Below are positions 23,201 through 34,100 of a stretch of 34,455 bases of DNA, piece after piece. The translations under genes and the position numbers were made by a program. This DNA comes from Lenisia limosa (taxonomy: Eukaryota > Protista > Breviatea). Each line of letters begins with the position of its first letter. Position 1 is the first letter of the stretch. Below the pieces are notes generated by a model. It had not been told where the DNA came from and did no database searches. It worked only from the letters and a program-made list of their open reading frames with translations. The stretch covers positions 1 to 34,455 of the forward strand of contig LPNZ01006643.1 in NCBI GenBank assembly GCA_001655205.1, read 5' to 3'.

Positions 23201-26200
23201 TGTCGTGCATTTACGAATAAACAACCCCTTATCAAAATCCCAGCTATTTTTGGTTGTACCAAATTAAAATCCAGCATATTGCGAGTAATAAACTCTCACC
23301 ATTATCAATAAAACCCACCATGTCCCATAACACCCTTTGATGCCTTAGAGGGGGAGCTATCACTTTAACAGTGAGCAGCACACGAACCTCCGCGGGTCCT
23401 GGAGCCTATTTGGTTACACTATCCTTTAAAAGCTTCACTTTGGTACGAAAAAATACCATACTTCAAGATAAATCCTCAAAAACTATCGATATACTACCGA
23501 TCATGTTCTAACTGGAGTGAAGCTCTAGTCCTAATCTCTTAGTGCACAGAGCTTACCGATTTGTCAACCCCTTGGAGAGCGTATGAGATTTCTCCCCTTG
23601 ATATACCTTCTTCCTAAACGGTATTAAGACCGTTTGGAGTACAAAACTTCTAATATTATGATACGATACGGTGATATACGATATCGATACGATATGTTTA
23701 TTGGAATATTATCAAGAAATGAACATAATGAAAACTGAATTCTAACCACTCACTTCAACAAATGGAGCCGAAATATAGACGCCAACAGACCCTGTGCCGG
23801 GCCAAATAAACGGAACTGTTTCGAAGGTCACCTTCAACTTGGGACCGGAAATGTGGTGATATTCTGGAGGTGACAAGAGGCCTGAAAAGTGAATCTTTCA
23901 AGACAGCCCAAACAGGTGTTGTCAAGGCTGCAGATCAGGGTCTGGTTCACGATAACTGGCATGGCTGTTTCGTAGAGGGGCTGTGACGACCAAGGCCACA
24001 TGAAGGGGTCTGTGAAGTCCAAGTTTGGCGGCTGCGCGGAGACCTGAGGAACTCAGCAGAATGCGGGAATCAAGAAAATAATTGTCATTTTGGGATGTTG
24101 ATAATTTTTTTGTGATAATAAAAGTCGTACACATTTGAGGATTCAGAAAATAGTCAAAATCAGTCCATATTTAACTGTCTTCGTAGAATAGTATTAATAC
24201 CACACTCTTATCACTGTCCCCTTACCATCGGCTGAAAATCTTTAAAAAAGAGATAAGCGTCAAACGCATCGACTATTCCGTAACCGGATTCGAAAACATT
24301 TGTCTGCAGGTCATTAGTTATAGAAATGAGAATAAAAAAATGACAGTACACTGAAAGCCGTTTACCATCACGCTGATAATTAAATGCGACATAGAATATA
24401 ATATCCAAGAAAATCAATTGAATAAAGTCAAAGGATACAAATAAATACAGAAAGAAATCCACAAACACAATTACGGAGAATTGAAGATTCAACTGATAGT
24501 TAACATGAAGCACACAAACACTATCTTACGTAGATTTTGAAAAAAAGATTGTGAAACCACACCAAATTAGTAATTTTCAATAATTGGCAGAATTTATTTC
24601 ACAACCCTTTACCGGGGCATTTAATGGCTTAGCAGAATGGTGTAGAGCTTGTTTGATAGCAGCCGGTCTGATCCTTCGAGGAATATCGGGATTGGCTGAG
24701 ATGTTAGGCGGTCGTCTGTCTGAAGTAGGATCCAAAGATAGATAGCATACTAGAAAACAAAAACTCAACACGCGGAACAAAAAAAGTGATCAGCCCTCAA
24801 CCACCGGATTCGCATTCACCTCACCAGAAAGTAAGAGTGCAGCTACACCTGCAACCTGAAAAAGTGAAATGGTTTTCCCTCTGCCTTCAAAAGAACACTT
24901 GATTTTGAAAGCTTTAATTCGTATTTTCAATGAGTTTATGTGGCAGCTACGAATTTGACAGCATTTTTAACAAGAGGGTTGAGATTCCCATTGATGCCCC
25001 TTATATCGTACCTGAGGGGTGGCCACTGAAGTACCGGAGAGAAGACGACATCGGTGCCTTGTGTCACTTGATAGTACTTTGGATCCTGAATTGGTAAATA
25101 GACAATTACACATTATGATATGCTTATGATAAAACTTATCTTCTTTTTTGTATCATATGATACATATAGTATATAATATACTGTGTGATATATATAATAG
25201 GCTTCACCCACCGGTAAACAATCTGGTGTCTCACAAACCAAATTTTAACCACAAACAGGGTAAAACCGATTTACATCCAAGATCCCACCCTCACCCACCC
25301 AAAGCCATCATATCGGGTTTGGTTCGTCCGTATCCGAGTTCGCTTTCCCACAAAGTCATGCCCCTACTGGAGAATGTTGCGACCTTGGGGTTAGAAAAGA
25401 ACCGTGGACACAGTGGACAGTGTTTAACTTGTCTTCAAAACGCCGATTCTACGCTAAATCGCCCAACATACTTCGCCCTGTTGATCCACTGCTCCGACAG
25501 CGATTACGTCGGCTTGGTCGGCTGGGTTGTTGGCAGTTCTGAGGTGAGTAACTATAAATCCTCTAATATAATAATAATAATCAATGATACTAATATATGA
25601 TTTGTTACGTTATTGAGATAATTAATGTTTATATAATATGCTATCATATCATGCTATGTCTAATGACTCCTTCTTCCCCAACCCGTAAAGAGGTCCGTCG
25701 TTGCCTATCGCTGACACCACGACAATTCCGTTTGCAGAGGCCTCCCGAACTTTATCCACAAACGGCGAGTCACTGCAAAGTCAAACTGAGCTATTCATTT
25801 GATCCGCCTCTCTCCCACCCACCACTACCACTAGAGAGAAAAAGAAACAAAATATATCCTCACACTTCTCCCCAGAAGTACCTAAAATCGGGTCCACCGA
25901 TGCTCAGATTTGCAATGTCAATTTCCAAGAATATGGCGTAATTGAAGGCATCGAGGAACCAGGATGTAAGGGAAACTGGTGAAGTAATTGTTTTTCAGAA
26001 TGAGACAAAAAAAAAACGAATCAACTGATACCTAGGACATAATAACAATAAAAAAAAACTGTAGGTTTTTAGGTATTCAAGAATTCAGTTCCCGAAATAA
26101 AGTGTCAGATTGAGTACAATAAAATATACTCTCTTTATTGTATAAATAGCAGTAGAATCCAAGTTTAAGAACAACAATTACTCCAAACTCTCCATAAATG

Positions 26201-27723
26201 TCAATCACAAATAACCCATTAGTGGCGATACTGTTCCCGAAGTGAATCGACCCACCATGCTTCTTGGTAAAGACCTTGAAGATGTAGAGGTCAACATCGG
26301 GTGCAGGACCAGGGCATGTCAATGACTGGCTTGCAATAGACTATCGTCAGAAAAATAGTTTTTTGCAGTGTAATATGAGCCATAATCAGATAATGAGCAA
26401 TAGTTACATCAACACAATAATTACTGATTTCAAAGAGTATTCTTTGCATAAGAAAAAACCTGGAGCTTCATACACGTTTCCAAAATCATGTCTAATAGTG
26501 ACATTTATTTGAACCGAAAGTGAGGCTCTCAAAAAACCCATTGCCCACTCCAGCAACAAATGTACCATGTCCAACGTTGTCATTCATTCCCTCTTCTGAC
26601 GTCCAATTGGTGATCTCCTAGAGGTTTGAAACATTAAATAATAAATGATGACTTTTTAATTATCAAATCAATTCGTATAATAAAATACTGCTGCCCAACA
26701 CCCAATAAATGCAGCAAAATAAGAAGCATAATGTCATTATAGCCCTCCATATCAGATATAACGACTAACTTTTACATTTCGAAAGTGAGGGTGATTCTCC
26801 TGAAGCCCAGTGTCAAAAATCGCCACTTTGACACCTTTGCCTAAGCAATGGTCAATTCTAGAACAATCTGACCTTCGATTAAGTAGCTGTCCAACCCCCA
26901 CATCATACCTGTAATTCCTCTCTCCCATAAATGTGAGACTTTAAGAAATGCCGCTGATGTTTGCCCTAATGTTGTGAAAAACGAACAACAGGAACACCCC
27001 TCCTCTTCTTTGTTTTTTCACCAACCTTCTGAGGATAAAAGAGTTCTTTGGATTGGAGAAGGGCTGAGAGGTAAAACATGACTTTTACTTTAAACGCAGA
27101 ATAAAGTAACCCTACATACTCTATATCTTGCGGACTTGTTCTCAGAGCTTCATCTTCAAATATCCTCTTGACAAATTTTAAAGATTTGAGCTCCCTGAAA
27201 AGTAAAGGCTCGTTATTTTATGAACCGAAAGTTATAAGGGAAAGAGAGGATGTGATGTACAATACACTATTTTATAAGTTTGCACAATATAGTATACACG
27301 TAGAAAGCTATGTGTAGAGTTCTAAGGCAAATGGTGTGGACGGCCTCTGCCAGCTGTAAACATTCATTTCCAAACCTGAAACACGCATCTTCGTCACCGC
27401 TGTCAACCTGAGGAGATAATCAGAATCATAACATCGAATATTCCTCCAGAACTTCATTTGATTGATGTAAAAACTCTCAAGATTTCATGAAAAATCCAAC
27501 AACACCAAGCTACCGTGAATTTGAGATAGTCACTTGGAGCTTTCCTGGCAACCAATCGATGCGGTAACAGAACCAGGGAAGAACATGAAGGCGGTATGTC
27601 GAATTGCTCAAGGCTTTTGACTGGTTCGCGTTGTGTGAACTGCAAGATATGGACAGTGGGCTGATGCAAGCCAAAGGTAAAGGCAGTACATAGTAGTACA
27701 AAGGCAGGAATGCACCCTTTCAT
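20216..27723 (-). CDS. MBTPS1: Membrane-bound subtilisin-like site-1 protease (SKI-1/S1P, peptidase S8) homologue; complete, multi-exon
   Basis: Signal peptide [18 protein letters not shown] (ATG 27723). Catalytic Asp [22 protein letters not shown] (26840-26776); His [11 protein letters not shown] (~26561-26569); [13 protein letters not shown]...NLSIGGPDF; oxyanion Asn [12 protein letters not shown]|[15 protein letters not shown]; [21 protein letters not shown]; Ser [10 protein letters not shown]|VAG (~25027-25035). C-terminal S1P blocks [13 protein letters not shown]...[26 protein letters not shown]...[20 protein letters not shown]...[40 protein letters not shown]|[13 protein letters not shown] then a basic tail, TAA 20218-20216. 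All blocks are colinear with human S1P as recalled. Confidence 0.95.
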
Positions 27724-28124
27724 TTTCAATTACTAATTACTCGCTTGTGTTTCCAACGCTATTTCATTCAAAGAAAACACTAGGCGCTCATCTCACAAAT
27801 GATGTCTATCATCATCTCTCACATGTAGGAGAGGCAGGGGTGGCAACGAATAACGAAGTGGACTGAGTGGAGGGCCTTTTCTTTGTTGTTCCTTCTTCCT
27901 TCTCATTCCAGGGTGATGAGGGGTTTACTGCTTGAGTAGCGGTTTGCAAGCACGGGGTGGGTGTGGGTGGTATATAAAATAAGACATGGGGTTACTCTGA
28001 ATGATCTATCACATGGGTGGTGAGTTGAAGGTTACTTACGATCAGTAAGAGCATTGATGAACCCAATAATAGGGCTTGAATAGGGCTTAGGAAGGTTTTT
28101 AGGCTTTTGTGAGCACCTATCGCA
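27724..28124. promoter_or_regulatory. Putative bidirectional promoter region between head-to-head MBTPS1 and dCache-PDE genes
   Basis: 401 bp between two divergent ATGs (27723 on -, 28125 on +); contains TATATAAAA near 27971 and several GGGTGG motifs. Positional inference only. Confidence 0.35.
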
Positions 28125-31100
28125 ATGCGGGGCGGAAAGCAATATCCTATTCAACCTTTTGAAACAGAAACACCATCAGGACATGCCCTACTGAAGCATC
28201 CGCGCAGTGCTAGGACAACAGGGTCAGCTGTGAGCGGAAGGAGCTCTCGCCGCGGAAGCTATGCTAGTTCTCTTGGGAAGTTTTCAATTCGGAAATCAGC
28301 AGGCGGAAGCACGAATTCGATTCAGGTTTGGAAAAAGGGCGAAGCCGTTTTATGTTTTCAGAGCTTCGTATCTGTATATTCCTCGCAATATCAGCTTCCT
28401 GACTGCCCAATCCAGCCTCCTGCAGGGTTTCAATCCAAATCAACATGGAATGTGAGGAGGATTTTCCATAATAATAATCGCTTTAGACAATAATTCAGCT
28501 TACGGTGGCCTTCTTTATTCCTGCTATGTTCCTTTTATCGGCTACATTCTTCGCTTTGTACGAGAGAGAGCTCGATGGTTCACACACCGCTTTGGAGATC
28601 ATTGAATTGGAACACCTTTCGGTAGGCCTGGTAGTCTGATCCGAATATATCTTTATTGAATTAGTACATACACACTGCGGGGGCTTGTTTTTGAAAAGGG
28701 GAGATATTTTACCTTGAAGCATGAACTGTCATTTTTTATTCCCACTGACAACGCCTCATTCTCTTGTTTATACCTAGTTTTCATTGTTAGGTATGTGTTA
28801 GGGTGATTATAAAACATACACTAACAGATAGATCCTATATTTGAACATAATTAATCTTTTGTGAGCACACTTTCTACCTTTCCACTATTTGTGGTCAGTG
28901 TTGGCAAAAGACAGTGCAGAGCACAGGCAGTAGCTGCCAGATTGATTTCAGCCCCCCTCATTATAATGAGTTTAGATGTTATTGCTGTCATCCTGCTTTC
29001 ATCATATTGTACAACTCTCCGTTTTTCCACTTACGGATAAATAAACATTTAACGGAGTTATTTTCCGAACCACCTTTTCATTCACGTATGTTTTTGATGA
29101 GTTTATCGGATCTCCCCGAAAAAGAACGAAATAGTCTGTACTCCCTGTACTCATGTGATCTGTCATGTTTTGGTCCGTAAATAATCGATAATAGCAGGTC
29201 TCATACTCTATCCCTTTTTCTTTTTCCTCAATTCCGAACCCCATGTAGCATTTGATATTTGACGCTATTCAGCAAGTTCAAGCTGTACAAGTCAACCGCC
29301 TCATCAACCTGCCGCCTGATATGAACTTCCTTGACGCTGCTGTTCTGAGGGAGTACAAGGCTGACAACGGAACCACTTTCCAAACGGTGAGTTCTACAAG
29401 ATGTCAAAAGAGCCTTGTCATTTCAGGAATTCGTTTTTAAAAAGGGACAAATGGGTATTAGTATGTCATAATTCAGAACATAGCTTATTAGTAGAGCTCC
29501 GGGCAATTAGTATTAATAAAATATTAATATTATTAATACATATCAGACCGTCCACTATCTGTGAAAACAAGCCAAATGAACATTTTCCTTGATAGAANNN
29601 NNNNNNNNNNNNNNNNNNNNNNNNNNNNNNNNNNNNNNNNNNNTCTCGCCAATAAAAATGTTGTCATCAACAAAAAAAAGTTATTGTCATTTTTGTTAGC
29701 AACAAGAGTGTTACAACAATTCTCTTAGTTATATGCCATATTTTTAGCAAAATTTTTCGTATATTTCAAAAAATTCACAGATAGAGGAAAATTCACAGAT
29801 ATAATATGGACGTTGTGATATCATATTTTAATATCAAAGTATTAATTTTCCAACATTATACATTATAAAAGGAGTATTAATAAATATAAATACTGAAGAA
29901 GCAGTATTAACAAATCAGAAAACAGAAGAACAAAACAATCAACGGAATGAAACCCATTTTTTAACAACATTGTTCTTGCATAATCAACGAACATCCCCAC
30001 TCCCCCTGAGTTATTGACCTTTTGTCTTTGTTAATTTTGTGTCTTCTATTCACCACCACCACCACAGACTGACGACATTCCGACGGCGATCTCATTGATC
30101 GAACTGACTTTCAAAGACTTTGGTTCAGCCAGACCGAAATTCAACCAGGTACTGCGGAGTCATATGTGGTCAGCCCATTGAGAAAGCTAAGTAACCCTTT
30201 CGTTGAACTGTAAATTGTGAGGTGATCTTTTTATAACCGTATTGACCCCCCCCCCNNNNNNNNNNNNNNNNNNNNNNNNNNNNNNNNNNNNNNNNNNNNN
30301 NNNNNNNNNNNNNNNNNNNNNNNNNNNNNNNNNNNNNNNNNNNNNNNNACAAATGGCGAATCCATAATTGTAAGAGGGATACCGATTCTTGGAGGCTGTT
30401 CTTTTGATTATCTTTTGTTATTACAGGGTTGATTCGATTTTGTTCTTTCAACATTACAAATACTGTATTTNNNNNNNNNNNNNNNNNNNNNNNNNNNNNN
30501 NNNNNNNNNNNNNNNNNNNNNNNNNNNNNNNNNNNNNNNNNNNNNNNNNNNNNNNNNNNNNNNNNNNNNNNNNNNNNNNNNNNNNNNNNNNNNNNNNNNN
30601 ATGTTATAATCCAAGAAATGTAAGTGTTAAATAAAACTAATGACCGTGTATTGGACTTGGTCTTTTATCTCTTATCAACATTATTTTGCATTCGCCTTCT
30701 TCTATGACTTGGTAGTGGAGAACTGTACTTCTCGCGCCTAGACCTCAACATTGAGAACGGCGCGGTCGAAGTGCCTTATCGCCCAATGCTGCGCTACGGC
30801 CAACACTTCTACAGTGCCGACAAAGACACTCATGGTGTTGTTCTCATTAACTACGCTGGTGAGTGGCCTTATTGTATGTTATCAAATGAGAGATAATAAA
30901 GGGAAAGCAGTCAATGCTGTCATCATATTTATCCGAGATAACCTCGTTTGTCTTACAATTCCGTGACCGGTATTATATGTTTCTTTAGTGGGTGTTTTTT
31001 GAATATAATATAATAGCTATACTATTATATTATATAGCTATATGATAGTATGATATACTACATGTTATATACTATTATGTATATGTATATACTATGTAAT

Positions 31101-34100
31101 ATATATGTATAATCAAATATTATTTGATATTTTTTTGGGTGAAAGATTGCCAAGATTTCACAACTCAGCCGAAGATATGTTGACATCCCTAAGAGCTTTG
31201 GGTTCATCTGATTCCCAGGTATTCCTGATTGACTACTATGGGTGGGCGGTTGTTGGCTTGGACTGTATTTGAGATATGATTAAATTGAATGTAACTTATT
31301 TCACGTATTTTAGTCTACTTTTTTCAAGATTTGAGAACACAAATGACACTTTCACGTCCGTGTGACCTTCTAACCGCCTCCAGCTACTTCATCATGTCGT
31401 CAAGTGCTCCTGATGATGACTGGGGATGGATGCTGGGTAACGACACCGTTAATATGAAGCTACGCCACCCCCATGCTTGGACTTCTATCTCTAAGATGAT
31501 TGAGAACAAGGAGATCGATGGTTCGTTGACCTAATGCCTGACCTCGCTTCGCTCCTTTTGGGTATCCACGGCATCATGCACAAAATTTAAAAACAATTGT
31601 GATTTTTTAGGGCAAGTACATCTCGACGACGGACTATACACTTTCAAAATTAGCGCTCCTCAGTATATTTCCTGCCACTCTTCCACTGTTGATGCAACCA
31701 ATTCAACCCACCCATGCAAAGCTATTGTGAGAGGGCACTTCACTTGGTATTAAAGAAGCATTGGTTATTTTTGGATGTTATCGAGGCAGATCATGAACTA
31801 TTTTTTTTATCCTTTTTCCTTCTCATTCCTCTAGTATGATCTTGACCACAACAACATTTGGATTATGGTGACGTTTGTACCGAAGAGCTCTTATGATGAT
31901 GAAGCCATTTTCAATAGCAACTTCACTACCTGGTTTGTTGGCGCATTCAGGCTGACAACAATACTGTATTTCTGTCGTTTTACTTTTTATCGGAATGCAG
32001 ATCCTTTTTTTACCCGATCGGTCACACCTCAGGATTATTTCGTCCCTCTTGCTGTTGTTTGTTGCCATTCTCGCGGCCTACCTCATCATGCGTTCAGTTG
32101 TTGACGAGAGGTGGAAGAAATATGACAAGAACGTCTTGCTCTACCAGGTAGGTGTTCCCTCCCCTGACGTAATGGAGTCAATATTCCAAGCAATATACAC
32201 CCTCCTACTTGTGTAGGGCAGAGTTCATATCATTACGGCAATTTACTCGCTTCCATTGTTCCTCCCCTCGCTCCCAAAGTTCAATTTTGTATATATTTTG
32301 TACTCTGGCTGTCGCTTTATTTAGAGCGACAATACATTAAACACTAAAGGCTGAAACAATGCTCCGGCGCTTCCTTGAGGAGAAGAAGCGGACCAAAACC
32401 CTGCAGAAGCGTATTGACGACATTACATCAGGAAAGGTCTGTAGAGTCTTGGATTTAGAAATACTCTGTATCAAAAGGAAAGGATATCATATACTTGCGA
32501 AAAGACAATAGTCAGAACATATATGATATTAATATATCATACACATATAGTATAATATATGTACATATTATATCTACAAAACCCAGGGCTTCCTTCCAAA
32601 CAAATACCATCTTCTGAAAGCAATTCCTCACGCTTCAGGTCAATGGAATGTCTGTTTCTTCGCCTTTTGAGTCAGCCATGAAACTCTTAAAGACTGTAGG
32701 GTGGGGTTCTACTACAGCTTTGAGTCATAACGCGCTACACGGCTTCGGCCCAATATTGTGTGTATTTTTGTTTTGAATTGCGTGATGGCATGGTAGGACT
32801 ATTCAACCTGGAGGTATCTAGAATTTTCCGTTTGAGTTTCATAAATTTCAAATTCTCACTCATTTTGGTTTTTTTCTGTTTTAGAAATCATCTCTTTACC
32901 AGTGATGGGATGCGGTGCTGNNNNNNNNNNNNNNNNNNNNNNNNNNNNNNNNNNNNNNNNNNNNNNNNNNNNNNNNNNNNNNNNNNNNNNNNNNNNNNNN
33001 NNNNNNNNNNNNNNNNNNNNNNNNNNNNNNNNNNNNNNNNNNNNNNNNNNNNNNNNNNNNNNNNNNNNNNNNNNNNNNNNNNNNNNNCGATATTTTGGCC
33101 GCTAACTCCCGAGAGCTCTTCCGACCTGATATGGAGAAACAGGTGGGTGGGACCTTCAGCTGAGAGAAAAAAATTGAAAACCTCTTTTCATCATTATTCT
33201 GGCATGAATCAACTAAAATTATTTATTGCACACTATTCTCTTGAACAATCATACGCTGGGTGTAGAGAATCGAAGTAAATGATTGCGATGTTGGCAGTAA
33301 CGATGATGTAGTGACATTCTCTCCTCCCAGGGGTGATTTGGGGGGGGGGGGGGTTTANNNNNNNNNNNNNNNNNNNNNNNNNNNNNNNNNNNNNNNNNNN
33401 NNNNNNNNNNNNNNNNNNNNNNNNNNNNNNNNNNNNNNNNNNNNNNNNNNNNNNNNNNNNNATGAGGAGACGGAAGCATGGTTGTTCTACGAGCTTGCTA
33501 AAAAGAAGGACAGCAGCCAGACCCGGGTGGCAAGTGCTCAGCAAACTACAACAAGTGACACGCCTCTTTCAGGCGCCATGTCTATTGCTGTTCCCTGTAG
33601 GGGGGGGGGTGCCATGATATTTGTGGGGCATGAAGCACCCTCAGTTCTCAGCTCTCTATACTTTTGTCAGCAAAACCGTTGTGATGATCCGTGGTTCACC
33701 TTACAGCCATGAATGTGCCCAAAACAAGAATGTCGCCCTTCGAGGCAATGTTGTCCAGCCTTCCGCAGAACTATATTCCAGATATCAGAAAGTAGGTCTT
33801 CTTTATTCTTTTTTTTTTTCATATTGTCCCATTTCACGCTATCTCTCTCCCGACTTATAATGTAGACACCTTTCAGCCCCTTCAGCCTTGGTTATGGACA
33901 CAAAGTCCTTGGCCCAATCATGTGGCGGAACTCCCCTTATTGTTGCGGCGATGCATGTCATGGAAAAGCACAGCATCTTCCAAAAGGTGTGTGGGGCTGA
34001 TATGCTATCTATATTGGATTATCAAGTCAAGACCCTCTGCTAATATTCAAAAATGCAAAATTCAAGTCTCCATCCAAATTGGCCAATTTGTACCAATGTC

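Noticed and set aside
28622-29272. Possible transposon or nested gene in the long intron (ORFs 28914-29180 + and 29002-29244 -)
   Set aside because: No transposase/RT motifs, terminal repeats or convincing splice structure.
353-33461. N runs translated as X-containing ORFs
   Set aside because: Assembly gaps; they inflate ORF lengths and may hide exons or mis-joins but are not features.
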